Source: an uncultured Spirochaetota bacterium
GTDB lineage: Bacteria; Spirochaetota; Spirochaetia; SZUA-6; Fen-1364
Direction of reading: 5' to 3'
Length of the DNA: 64,000 nucleotides
Assembly: GCA_963820525.1 (NCBI GenBank)
Contig: CAWGAA010000003.1
Coordinates: 864,001 to 928,000 of the forward strand
The translations under genes and the position numbers were made by a program. Under the pieces are notes generated by a model. The model did not search any database and was not told the origin of the DNA. It worked only from the letters and a program-made list of their open reading frames with translations. Positions 19,344 through 29,333 of the stretch are shown one piece after another (position 1 is the stretch's first letter; every line of letters starts with the position of its first letter).

Positions 19344-19749
19344 CAAAAATTGCAATACGCCTAAATTAGCCGCTAGCCGCCATGGCTCGCTGCGGTCGCC
19401 ACGGTGGCAAGCTCCATTATGCGCATGAGTACAGTGCTTTGTAAAAAGCAATGCGCCAAAACTACGTACAACAGCGGTTTGGCGCTCCGCTTCGCTTTCT
19501 TTTTCACCTGACTTTCGCCAGACGCCGACTTATGAAATCCGTTAGTTTTGTTTCCGAGTGGTGATACGTTTTCTGTTTTCCGTCATGTTCGCGGACTCAT
19601 CACCCCCCATCGCGGCTCCTTGCTTTTTCCCCTTGAAACAACGGATGGGATACGGAAAGGCATTCGGCGAACACAGTCCGGTTGCAAAATATGGCGAGTG
19701 CCCCCTATACTTTCAGAGCCGCAATTGGCGTAGAAAAGCGGAGGAGCGC

Positions 19750-20631
19750 ATGCCCGTCAAGGTACTCTTGGACACCGATATTGGCAGCGACATTGATGAC
19801 GCCGTGGCGCTGGCCTATCTGCTGGCCAATCCCGAATGCCGGCTCATGGGGATCACAACGGTCACCGGGGAAGCGCACAAAAGGGCGGAGCTGGCCAGCG
19901 TGTTGTGCAGGGCGGCGGGACGCCAGGTCCCCATTATGCCAGGCGCGGAGCTGCCCCTGTTGATAGAGCAGGCTCAGCCACGGGCGCCGCAGTCCGCCGC
20001 ATTGGAGAGATGGCCGCATGACGCCGACTTCCCGCAGGGCCAGGCGGTGGACTTCCTCCGCCGCACCATCAGGGCCAACCCGGGTGAGATTGTCCTTCTC
20101 TCCATTGGCCCGCTCACGAACATTGCCCTTCTGTTTGCCATGGACCCCGGGATCCCGGCGCTCCTGAAGGGGATGATGTCCATGTGCGGGGTCTTCACCA
20201 ATCGCGCCGCGGGATGGGGCCCGCGGGAATGGAACGCAATGGTGGATCCCCATGCCACGGCAATTGTCTATCGGCATCACATCCCCTTCCACCGCTCCAT
20301 TGGGCTGGACGTGACCAGCCGCGTCTCCTTGGACGCCGCGGAGCTGAAAAGCAGGTTCCAGGCGGACATCCTGAAGCCCGTCCTGGACTTTGCAAAGGTG
20401 TGGTTCCGGCACGCGGACCGGGTTGTTTTCCATGATCCCCTTGCGGCGGCGGCTCTCTTCAACCCGGATATCTGCGGCTACCAGCGCGGCACGGTTGACG
20501 TGGAGCTTGCAAGCCCCCGGCTTTCCGGCCTCACCCACTGGACACCGGACCCTTCAGGCGGCAGGCATGAGGTGGCCCTGGAGGTGAACGCCGGCGGTTT
20601 CTTTGAGCGCTTCTTTTCCGTCTTTACGTAG
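19750..20631 (+). CDS. inosine/uridine-preferring nucleoside hydrolase family protein
   Basis: [34 protein letters not shown] motifs. Confidence 0.9.
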   Translation: MPVKVLLDTDIGSDIDDAVALAYLLANPECRLMGITTVTGEAHKRAELASVLCRAAGRQVPIMPGAELPLLIEQAQPRAPQSAALERWPHDADFPQGQAVDFLRRTIRANPGEIVLLSIGPLTNIALLFAMDPGIPALLKGMMSMCGVFTNRAAGWGPREWNAMVDPHATAIVYRHHIPFHRSIGLDVTSRVSLDAAELKSRFQADILKPVLDFAKVWFRHADRVVFHDPLAAAALFNPDICGYQRGTVDVELASPRLSGLTHWTPDPSGGRHEVALEVNAGGFFERFFSVFT

Positions 20632-20760
20632 AGTGCGAGGGCTATTCCACCGTGAATGAGGCCCCAGCTTCAGGATAACCACCCCGCGGTCCTTGGCGGC
20701 CGCCCGAAAGAATCGCTCAATAATCCCGTTCTGCCCGGGCGTATAACGGGTGATGAACTC

Positions 20761-21195
20761 CTATTTCTTCACCACTTGCAGGCGGCACCACGCATACAAG
20801 GCATCGTAGAGTTCGAACTGATGCGCCAGGTTCTCCGCGTCGTCGGGGAACCGGAGGCTGAAACCGCTGGCCATGGCTTCCAGGCCGCGGGCGATCGGGT
20901 CGGAATCAATGTCTTTTTCCACGTCGGCGGCGTGAACGATTTTCGCCAGGCGGACCAGTCCCGGATCCTTCAGCCCATATTTGAGCATGATGGATTCGAA
21001 CGAACAGCGGCCGTCCACGTGCCCAAGCTCGACATCCGGCGCGTCAAAGGGAATCGCTCCGGTCTCCCCGGCAACCTTTGCTATCTGGCTCGCGGGGACG
21101 AACAGGAACTCGGCGTCACTGTCTACAAAACGCGCGATCATCCACGGGCAGGCCACGCGGTCCACATGGACGTGGGAACGGGTAATCCATTTCAT
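20761..21195 (-). CDS. chromate resistance ChrB-domain protein
   Basis: MKWITRSHVHVDRVACPWMIARFVDSDAEFLFV..AIPFD..H..GRCSFE..YDALYAWC. Confidence 0.85.
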   Translation of the reverse strand: MKWITRSHVHVDRVACPWMIARFVDSDAEFLFVPASQIAKVAGETGAIPFDAPDVELGHVDGRCSFESIMLKYGLKDPGLVRLAKIVHAADVEKDIDSDPIARGLEAMASGFSLRFPDDAENLAHQFELYDALYAWCRLQVVKK

Positions 21196-21278
21196 TCGCC
21201 CATGGTAGCAGAAGACGAATCTCCTTCAAATACCGGTATTTCCGGTCAGGCCCCATTCCCTTCCTTGCCTGCTCAGCA

Positions 21279-21575
21279 GTGATCGGTGCGGCGATTGCGG
21301 CCGCCGCCAGTTCCTGGACGACCCTTCTGCAGCGGGGGACGCCGGATGACTTGCGCGGGCGTATCTTCGGGATTTCGACGACCCTGGGTAGCGCGTCCCT
21401 TCCGCTCGGAATGGCCCTTGCCGGATTCGCGTTGGACCGCATCCAATTCGGCATGATCTTCGCTCCGGGCGGGGTCATGCTCATCCTGATGGGGATTCTG
21501 CTCGGCCTGGTTTTCGCCAGGCGCCGGCAGCGCGAACGCGCCCGCGCTGTTTCCGACGCTCGTCAAGCCGGCTGA
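21279..21575 (+). pseudogene. C-terminal fragment of MFS (DHA3/macrolide-efflux-like) transporter
   Basis: TLLQRGTPDDLRGRIFG..LPLGMALAG; no N-terminal part upstream. Confidence 0.65.
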
Positions 21576-21719
21576 TGCTTTCAAGAGCTTGCCAGCTTGT
21601 GGATAGTATAGCCGTCTTTCCGCAAACACGGCGTCCGACGCCATGATATCCCTGCGCCGTCCGAAAGGCCCTGACGCGCGCGGCAATAATGACCCTCGCG
21701 CCGAAGTAGTCCTCTCTTC

Positions 21720-24700
21720 TTATCTGACTGGTAGAAACGCTGCTCCCATAAGATACAGATTCCGGTCTTCCCGGCCCTGGCCCAGCCACAGGTCGTTGGT
21801 GAACTCCACGGTGAGCTCGTGGTCTCCGGCCTCGAGATAGGCTTCACCGGCTTTGAACTCCGCAGGGATGCTGGAGTCCAGCTCTGGCTCCCCGATTTTT
21901 TTCCCATCGACGCGTACCAAGGCCTTGGCGTACACTCCTTTGGCGGGGCTTGAATAGCCCCGGAGGATGATCGTATATTCTCCAGCCGCGGCGCAGGAGA
22001 AGGTCGATCTTACCGTACCAGCCGAGGCCAAGCTCAGTTCGGTATCTGCTCGGCTGAAAACGGATATGCTCCCGGTCGGTTCGAAGGCGGGCGGATCAAT
22101 CCACTCGGGGTTCCTCTCCGGCACCAAAAACGAGGAGCCCAGGTTCGCAAAGAGCGTCGAGGCAAAGCGGAAGCCCTTGACGCGGTTGGACGCATTCGTG
22201 TCCCAGCGGACGCAGTCGAGCACGACCCGCAGATGGGAAGACGGAACGGCTGCCGCCAAGGCCGGCGGCAGCGAGAAGATGGTGAATCCGGAGAAGGCGA
22301 TTGGTTCCCGGTCGACGAGCAGGGCATCGATGAAAACATTCCGGTCTTCGCCGTTCCGGCAAAGGTCATTGATGAAAGACAATTCCAGCTTTACCCTTCC
22401 GCTGGGGAGTCGAACCAGGAACGGCCACGACTGTTTTTCCTTACCCGCAACGCTTACCTGGGCGACGGGCCGGCCATCGGCTTTGACAAGGACGGCGGGC
22501 CAATCGCCTTCGGCGCTCGTGCCCCAGGCCGCCAGGGAAAGTTTATACAAGCCCTCCCTCGCCACGTTGATCTCGCCTTGAGCCGTTCCATTGGTGTAGA
22601 AAGCGACGGCTTGTCCATTCTCCGTCAGTTGCACGAAAGTGCCCGTCAGGTTCCAGGCTTCCACCTCATGCCTGTCTTGAGCCTTCTGGGGCGAGAGAAT
22701 ATCGAGCGCGCGGTCGATGACGGTGAGATCGGAGTCCACCTCTCGATACCAGTTCGATGGAGCGAACGGCTTAAGAAAACATAAGTCTTCCCGGAGAACG
22801 CCGTCCAGAACAGGATCGTTCTTCTCCAAGAGGCTTAAAGGACCTACGGCGGGAACGATGGTCGTCTCTTCCAAGCCCAAAGACGTCTTGAGCTTGTCGA
22901 ACGACTCTTTTTCCGGCGCGTGCCAGTAGATGGTGAGCGGAGTATTGCCCTTGGCCAGGCTTTCGAGGAGCGGAGCGAGCGCCTCGATTTTTTTCCCGCC
23001 GCCCTGGAATATGAGCAATCCCGATTTTTCGAGATCGGCTACGGTGGGACGCTCGGGCAGAGGGGCGTACGCGATACCAAGCTCGTCCAGCCTTTTTCTA
23101 AAAGCCGCCCCGTCCTTTTCTCCTTCCGCGAGGAGGGCGGTTTGAGAGTTCCCGGCAAAGGTTGAAAGGTAAGTGACGGCATTCCCGATGAGCCTTCGGG
23201 CGGCCGGTTCGGTGCCGAATTTGGTTCCCGCCAGGGCCTGGCAGAAGATGGCCTTGCCTTTCCCGACGTTAATCTCGACCAGGGGGGCCTGGTCGAGGGT
23301 GGAAAGCCCGCCGGAAACGAGGAGGGCCTTGGCTCCCAGGCGAACCGGCCGACGAATTTCCTTCCACGTCACCCGATGATCGCCCCGCCAAAACTTGAAG
23401 GCCTCGCCATCCAAACCCGCCAAGAGCGGATGTTTCATGGAAACCGGGAAGGTCATCGTCGAGGAATGGGAAACGAGTGACAGTTCGGGCATTATTCCAG
23501 CAAACGTCTCCTGCTCCAGGACGAGGGCACGGCCGCCGTTTTCCAGGAACCGCCGGAAGAAGAGCGCATCGGTATTTTCGACGCCGATGACCGGAATCAC
23601 AGTCTTCGTTCTTTTATCTGCGAAAGCATAAGGCCCGACAATGAGGATTGATTTGGCAGGATCGCTTTGGGGAAGCTCATCCAGTTTTTTGAGTTCTTTT
23701 ACTCCGGCCTTTTCAGCAGTGTCGAGGAATTTCCCGTTGGGATCGAAGACCAGGAGCGATATCCCGGCCGGGGATAAAAGCGGCTGTTTTTCGTACACCA
23801 GGAAACGGGTATCGAAGAAGTGGATTTTCTTCCCGTCGATGTACAAACCGGCGTTGAATGAAAGGCCGGCGGGTGCGGGCTTTTCGGGCAGCTTAACCGT
23901 GACCGTGACCACCTTGTGCCCGGCCGGTTCGAGGAGGAAGCTCTCGGCATACCCCGCGGCCCAGCCCTCAAGGCTCACGCGCACCTCGATCTTTTTAGCC
24001 TCCACGCTGTCGTTGAAGACATCGAAACTCCGCGTCACCTTTTCGCCCGTGAAAAATCTGGTATCGAACTCTTGAGGGAAGACGGCTACGGGTTCATAGG
24101 CTTTTTTTTGCGCGGCGAAAAACGGGCTTGCCACATTAATTCTTCCGCCTTCGTCGGCGATCGTCCAGGGACACATGCCCGAGACCCCACCGCGGCGGTA
24201 GGCGACGGTCTGGATTTCCCAGGCGCGGGCTCTGGCCAGTTCCTGGTTTTTTCCCCGATCGAGGTAGGCCTCGTCCCCAAAAAAAACGCTCCCCGGCGAA
24301 TAATCCTGGTAAAACAACCCCAGATACTCGCCGATGTAGAGAGGTTTTTTTCGCTCCCAGAAAAAATCCTTGTTCCAGCTTCCGGCCGTGCCGCCCGCCG
24401 TACCCGTGGTCACGGTGGTACCGAGCCAGTCGGCGGTGTTGGGGTAATCGGTATTCTCCGGCATTTCGCGCGGGTAATGGAGACCGATGACGTCGGCAGC
24501 GCCCCCGGGGTCGTGGTCCGCCTCGTAGGTTATGAGGTGTGTAGGATCGAGCGCCTTCACTTTGCGCCCGACCTCGGCCAGGCGCGCCTCGGCGCAGGCG
24601 CAATGGCGCGAGGCCCCGCAGTGGAGGAGCTCGTTTTCCACGCTCCACATGACCAGGCACGGATGGTTCCTGTCCCGCCTCACCATGCCGGATAAATGCG

Positions 24701-25934
24701 TCCAGACGTTCTCCCAGAAGCGTTCGTCGCCGTAGGCGTAACCGCCGCCCCCGTCGCACCAGAGCGCCCCCTCTTCCACGATTAAAAGCCCGGCCTCATC
24801 GGCCAGCTCGATCCAGCGGTGCTGCCAGGGTTGGGTGTGGAAGCGGAAGGCAACGGCGTTCGAGGCCTTGATGTTGGCGAGCGCCTGCTTTATTTCATCC
24901 GTGCCCTGGTAGCGCGGCGTAGGCCAGCCTGAGGAGGCCAAAAGATGCCTTTTAACTCCATTGAAGTAGAAATCGGGACCGACGGCCCACAGCTCCCGAA
25001 ACCCGAAACGCTCCTGGTAGCGGTCGAGCTCGGCGCCCGGGGGCCGGTCTTTGAGAACGAGAGTCAATACGTATTGATGCGGATCCTCCGGCGACCAATA
25101 ACGCGGTTTAGGAAACTCGGCGGAAAGCTTGAACTTCCCGTCCGGCGTCGGTTCTTGGCCGGGAAGGGGAAGAACTTTTTTATCCCCGTCGTAGACCGCG
25201 CCTTCGATCCAGAAGCCCGGTCGGCCTCCTACGATTTCTCCGGTGACCGTAATGTTATTGGCATTTCGCACCGAGGTGTTAATGGCCACGTCCTCGCAGT
25301 GCGCGTGCGGCCGCGCCAGCAGCGCGACGTCGTCCCAAATACCGAACCAGCCTAAGATCCCGCCGATGGGCGCGACCAGGCGGCCTTGGGGAACGCCGCG
25401 GAGCGTATCCCAATTGGGATCGGCATCCGTCGGCAGTTGGTAGCCGTCTTTGAAAACCGCGCTCCAGTCCTGACAACGGATTTCGAGGAGGAAACTCTCA
25501 CCCGGTTTAAGCCGGTCCGTGAGATCGGTATAAAATGGGGTGAAGCCCTCGAGCCGGGAGGCGACAAACGTCCCATTGCAATATACGGCGGCATTATAGC
25601 GCGCCCCGTAGAGGAGGAGATCGATCCGTTTTCCCTTGAAGGAATCCGGCACCAGCACTTCCTTCCGGTACCAGACATACCGGGTGCCTTGGATGGCGTT
25701 GCTCTCGGCCATGACCGGGATTTCGGCGGATCGCCACTCATTCACCCGGGGCGGGTAGGCCGGATCAACGGCGGTCGCCATGTCCCATTTCCCGTTCAAG
25801 CTCAGCTCCTGCCGTTCCCCGGAACTGAGATTCATTTCACCCGGGGGAGCGGGGCTGGCGACGTCAATGACCGCGATTAAGAGTACCGACGCTATCCAGG
25901 CGGACGACAAAATCTTCGGGCTCGCGGATTTCAT
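21720..25934 (-). CDS. large secreted glycoside hydrolase family 2 protein with C-terminal carbohydrate-binding domains
   Basis: Signal-like N-terminus, LSLNGKW, WSPEDP, FGFRE, RDRNHP..WSVENE acid/base motif; two F.ND....DRN(V/L) CBM-like repeats. Confidence 0.85.
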   Translation of the reverse strand: MKSASPKILSSAWIASVLLIAVIDVASPAPPGEMNLSSGERQELSLNGKWDMATAVDPAYPPRVNEWRSAEIPVMAESNAIQGTRYVWYRKEVLVPDSFKGKRIDLLLYGARYNAAVYCNGTFVASRLEGFTPFYTDLTDRLKPGESFLLEIRCQDWSAVFKDGYQLPTDADPNWDTLRGVPQGRLVAPIGGILGWFGIWDDVALLARPHAHCEDVAINTSVRNANNITVTGEIVGGRPGFWIEGAVYDGDKKVLPLPGQEPTPDGKFKLSAEFPKPRYWSPEDPHQYVLTLVLKDRPPGAELDRYQERFGFRELWAVGPDFYFNGVKRHLLASSGWPTPRYQGTDEIKQALANIKASNAVAFRFHTQPWQHRWIELADEAGLLIVEEGALWCDGGGGYAYGDERFWENVWTHLSGMVRRDRNHPCLVMWSVENELLHCGASRHCACAEARLAEVGRKVKALDPTHLITYEADHDPGGAADVIGLHYPREMPENTDYPNTADWLGTTVTTGTAGGTAGSWNKDFFWERKKPLYIGEYLGLFYQDYSPGSVFFGDEAYLDRGKNQELARARAWEIQTVAYRRGGVSGMCPWTIADEGGRINVASPFFAAQKKAYEPVAVFPQEFDTRFFTGEKVTRSFDVFNDSVEAKKIEVRVSLEGWAAGYAESFLLEPAGHKVVTVTVKLPEKPAPAGLSFNAGLYIDGKKIHFFDTRFLVYEKQPLLSPAGISLLVFDPNGKFLDTAEKAGVKELKKLDELPQSDPAKSILIVGPYAFADKRTKTVIPVIGVENTDALFFRRFLENGGRALVLEQETFAGIMPELSLVSHSSTMTFPVSMKHPLLAGLDGEAFKFWRGDHRVTWKEIRRPVRLGAKALLVSGGLSTLDQAPLVEINVGKGKAIFCQALAGTKFGTEPAARRLIGNAVTYLSTFAGNSQTALLAEGEKDGAAFRKRLDELGIAYAPLPERPTVADLEKSGLLIFQGGGKKIEALAPLLESLAKGNTPLTIYWHAPEKESFDKLKTSLGLEETTIVPAVGPLSLLEKNDPVLDGVLREDLCFLKPFAPSNWYREVDSDLTVIDRALDILSPQKAQDRHEVEAWNLTGTFVQLTENGQAVAFYTNGTAQGEINVAREGLYKLSLAAWGTSAEGDWPAVLVKADGRPVAQVSVAGKEKQSWPFLVRLPSGRVKLELSFINDLCRNGEDRNVFIDALLVDREPIAFSGFTIFSLPPALAAAVPSSHLRVVLDCVRWDTNASNRVKGFRFASTLFANLGSSFLVPERNPEWIDPPAFEPTGSISVFSRADTELSLASAGTVRSTFSCAAAGEYTIILRGYSSPAKGVYAKALVRVDGKKIGEPELDSSIPAEFKAGEAYLEAGDHELTVEFTNDLWLGQGREDRNLYLMGAAFLPVR

Positions 25935-26156
25935 AAAGCACCTTCCTCAAAACGATATATATCCGATCGCGGATATAAAGAAGAATGCGATCCCGCTAGT
26001 ATAAGCGCCGGTTGTTATCTGACACCTCCTTCTTTGTTCTCGGAGCGTCAGATTTGCTCTACACTACCTCACTTTTGCGAAACTCCCTTGTACCGGTGAC
26101 ATGAGGCTCCAGGGCGGTCGCGTGCCGGTGCGGCCGCCCCGGTTTCTCGCTTCAGT

Positions 26157-26573
26157 TTATTCGCTGTAGATTCGGACCTTTTGTTTGCCTTCGACATCCA
26201 CGGTCAGGTCATCCAGGTTGGCAATGAGCTCCTCGATATCTGCAGGCGTCAGCTTGGACAGGTCCGCATTGATGCCTTTCTCCCGCAGCGCATTCTTCAC
26301 CTGCGACTGCGCGTCGTCAGGCAGGAACGCGGCCAGCTTCAATCCCGCGCGGATCAGCTTCATGGGCACGCGCACATTGACCCGATCCACATTCTCCGCT
26401 CCCGGAACCGGATCGACCTGGATTCTCAGGTATTTCCGATTCCCGATGGACGCGGCCGGTTCCTCTCCGGATGCCCTCTGCGGCGAGACGGCTTCCAGGA
26501 GATTCTCTGCCTCTTCCACGCTAATCTTGCCCTGGTGAAGCATTTCCAGGATCTTTTTCGTTTCCTCGCTCAT
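26157..26573 (-). CDS. SHOCT-like domain protein (DUF2089 operon partner)
   Basis: MSEETKKILEML..GKISVEEAENLL..KYLRIQV..VNVRVPMKLIRAG. Confidence 0.72.
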   Translation of the reverse strand: MSEETKKILEMLHQGKISVEEAENLLEAVSPQRASGEEPAASIGNRKYLRIQVDPVPGAENVDRVNVRVPMKLIRAGLKLAAFLPDDAQSQVKNALREKGINADLSKLTPADIEELIANLDDLTVDVEGKQKVRIYSE

Positions 26574-26584
26574 TCCTTTCCTCC

Positions 26585-26863
26585 TTATTCGAAAGCAATG
26601 CGCACGCTGTGGTTCATGCGTGTCGCGACATCGACTCTCAGACCCGATGCTGCAAAGACAATTTTGAAAAAGACAGGATAAAGGAGAAGAAGCCGCTTCC
26701 CTGGCCCGTGAGGGATGGTGACCAGGGCCGCGATGAGCATGAAGGGCAGGATGGCGATCAAAAGCGCGATCGCGATGATCCACACGATGATCGCGGGAAA
26801 GAACAACCTCACTCTCCTGTTGTCCCTGTTTTGAACTTCAAGACTCATTATCATTGGGATCAT
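26585..26863 (-). CDS. small membrane hypothetical protein
   Basis: Hydrophobic core; translationally coupled to the DUF2089 gene. Confidence 0.6.
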   Translation of the reverse strand: MIPMIMSLEVQNRDNRRVRLFFPAIIVWIIAIALLIAILPFMLIAALVTIPHGPGKRLLLLYPVFFKIVFAASGLRVDVATRMNHSVRIAFE

Positions 26864-27228
26864 TTTCCACCTCCGAGATTCTTCAGGGCTTGATCCGCGG
26901 TGATCTCCCCTTTATCCAGTTTTTCAAGGACCTCCAGACGCGACGTCGGAGGATTGATTTCCACGAATTCCAGCTTTCCGGCGATGGCGGCCAGACGGTT
27001 CTTGACCGTTGGGTAGCTGATGCCGAAGAGCTGCTCCATCTCCTTGATGGAGCCATGACAGCGCAGGAAAGCGGTGACAAAGACCTGGTCTTCCATTGTC
27101 AGACGAGCCATGGGTGGCAGCTCAAAATTGCCCTCCACGGCTATCCCCGATGACGTCAATCTGACGCGCTCTATCGTGAAAGGCTCACCTCGCGTCATCT
27201 TGGTTAATTCCTGCCAATCGTTCTTCAT
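26860..27228 (-). CDS. DUF2089 family HTH protein
   Basis: FLRCHGSIKEME..FGISYPTVKNRL..LEKLDKGEITADQAL. Confidence 0.85.
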   Translation of the reverse strand: MKNDWQELTKMTRGEPFTIERVRLTSSGIAVEGNFELPPMARLTMEDQVFVTAFLRCHGSIKEMEQLFGISYPTVKNRLAAIAGKLEFVEINPPTSRLEVLEKLDKGEITADQALKNLGGGK

Positions 27229-27331
27229 TCTGAAAGAAGTATACTACATTCATTCAAAATAATCAATACCCAAATAATAAAAATAAACTATTTCTAACAC
27301 CAAATATTGATTTTATTGAGTATTTGAATAT

Positions 27332-27443
27332 TTCGGCGCCTTTGGGGCGTCTCGGGCTCCACGGCGCTTCAGCGCGCCGCTCCGCCACATGGCCCTCAGC
27401 CTTTTTGGCCTCGGGCCACGTCGCATATGTGCGGCCGTTATAG
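27332..27443 (+). repeat. 5'-truncated attC remnant (same family as attC 1/2)
   Basis: CTCGGGCTCCACGGCGCT.CAGCGCGCCGCTCCGCCACATGGCCCTC..GGGCCACGTCGCATA..CC GTTATAG; R''/L'' missing. Confidence 0.8.
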
Positions 27444-27545
27444 GCCGAATACATATCGGTGTGAATTCCGGCGTTTTCACCGCAAACCGTTCACCGTGAT
27501 GAATAAGGCCGAGAAGCGTCAGGCTTATTTCGCCTGTCCGGCTTG

Positions 27546-28787
27546 CTAGGCAGCCACACTTTTCCGCGACCCCGCCACATGCGCCAGCGCCGCTCCCGCG
27601 GCGAACAGCGCTATGTTCAGGATAAACGGCAGGTTCTTGTCGATCTGTGAGAGACTTCCGGCAATCCAGCCGAACGGCGAGGTAAGAAGGATGATGCCCA
27701 CATACAGGAGGGATTGAATACGGGCGCGTTCATGCGCGCTGACGGTCACGACGGTCATCCGATCCACCAGGGGGCTGACGGCGGCAAAACTGCATGCTTC
27801 CAGAAAAACGCTGAAGATCAGCGAGGGATATCCCAATTCTGGGGCGGTGATCAGCAGCACCTGGCTCACGATAAAGCCCAGAAACCCGACAACCATGGGC
27901 GCCCGGAAGTGCATCTTCTTGAGGCGCGGCATCACGGCAAAGAAGAATGCCAGCATGACGGCGGATTTTATGAAGGGAAAGACGGCGATGTTCTTCGCGG
28001 GGATGTGCAGTTTTTCCGTTACGATGATGGCCCAAAAGCTGCTGCCGATCAGGGTGGAGATGCTGAGCACCAGCATGAGTGCCGCCGTGGTGAGGGTGTG
28101 CGGAGAACGGAGCAAGTGGGCCAACACCTCCCCGTATCCCCTCAAGATGCCGAAGACGCTCTGATTGCGCGTCTGCCGGATGCGCACTACTCCCTGCGCG
28201 GTCTCCTGCGTGGTGGCATACGTCACGACCGCTTTCACCGTGAACATGAGCCCGGCGAACAGGTACAGCCCGCGCATGGTGGGAACGAGGGAGAAGAAGC
28301 CGATTAAAACCCCCGCCAGTGGGGCTATGAATCCCACGATCAGATTGGCAATATAAACCCAGGAATAAATGTCCACCAATTGAGAGGGCTCTGCATCCTC
28401 CACGAGGAGACAGGTCCATGAGTTCTGCGTGATGCGCCAGACGCTGTTGACCACCCCGGCGGCCAGGAAATACCAGAAGTTTTGCGCCGCCGCCGAAATC
28501 AGTGCCGGGATCGCCCAGGCCACGATGTCGAAGATCAGAGTGGTGAGCCGGCGTCCGAGCTTGTCCGTCACCGCGCCGCTCAACAAAGCCAGGAAGATCT
28601 GGAACCCCCAACTGACGCTGAGAATCAGGCCGATCTGCCTGTCCGTCAGTCCGAGCGCCACCATGAAGATGGAAATATAGGGAAGGTACAGGTTGTAGGG
28701 GATGCCCCAAAGGGGCTCGGCATAGACACATCCCCTCGGGTTACCGCGCAGGCTTTTAAGGGTGGCGATAAGGGAATGTTCTTTCAA
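27546..28787 (-). CDS. MFS transporter
   Basis: LRGNPRGCVYAEPLWGIPYNLY, GAVTDKLGRR motif A, ~12 TM segments. Confidence 0.88.
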   Translation of the reverse strand: MKEHSLIATLKSLRGNPRGCVYAEPLWGIPYNLYLPYISIFMVALGLTDRQIGLILSVSWGFQIFLALLSGAVTDKLGRRLTTLIFDIVAWAIPALISAAAQNFWYFLAAGVVNSVWRITQNSWTCLLVEDAEPSQLVDIYSWVYIANLIVGFIAPLAGVLIGFFSLVPTMRGLYLFAGLMFTVKAVVTYATTQETAQGVVRIRQTRNQSVFGILRGYGEVLAHLLRSPHTLTTAALMLVLSISTLIGSSFWAIIVTEKLHIPAKNIAVFPFIKSAVMLAFFFAVMPRLKKMHFRAPMVVGFLGFIVSQVLLITAPELGYPSLIFSVFLEACSFAAVSPLVDRMTVVTVSAHERARIQSLLYVGIILLTSPFGWIAGSLSQIDKNLPFILNIALFAAGAALAHVAGSRKSVAA

Positions 28788-28889
28788 GGAATAACCTCTC
28801 GATGGGTCGGCCGCAAGGCCGGCTCACGGCGCGCCGCGGGCCCGCTTTGGCGCAACTATCCTCTTCCTTTGGCCCGCTGTCAATGTGTC

Positions 28890-29061
28890 GTGGAGGTCTC
28901 CTCGCCGAAGTCCATATTCCGCCCCCGCTCACCGCAGCCGCTAGCTTTGTCCCATCTGCGGAGGAGGCGATACAAGTCCAATACAAGCTTCCTGGATCGG
29001 CATGTTCGCTCCAACTATTCCCAGAATCTGTAGAGGTCAAAATAGATCCACCGCTGATCAC
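28890..29061 (-). pseudogene. beta-propeller/BNR-repeat protein fragment
   Basis: GGSILTSTDSGNSW...WTCIASSADGTKLAAAVSGGGIWTS. Confidence 0.5.
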
Positions 29062-29333
29062 TGCGGCAAGCTTCTTGCCGTTGCAGGCCGTCCTATTTCA
29101 ACGACTGCGAATGTGCGAAAGAAAGTATTCGTTAACACAATGAACGCCGGGTGCGGAAAAGTCCAAAAAATAGCCAAGCAGTGCAAAGACAGCATGCCCA
29201 TCGCGCCTGTAGAATGGCCGCCGATACATCGGGCAATGCTTGAACGCTTCGAGGCGCCGTGATTGGCGGCTTGCGGGAAAGGAGCCCTCTGTGCAGCATG
29301 ATTCTTGGGGACCGGAACCCGTTCGGAGAAAAT

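Noticed and set aside
161..27443. Repeats as CRISPR array or REP/terminators
   Set aside because: Units are >100 bp, separated by whole genes, with AAC/GTT core sites and matched cassette ends, which is attC architecture; no cas genes
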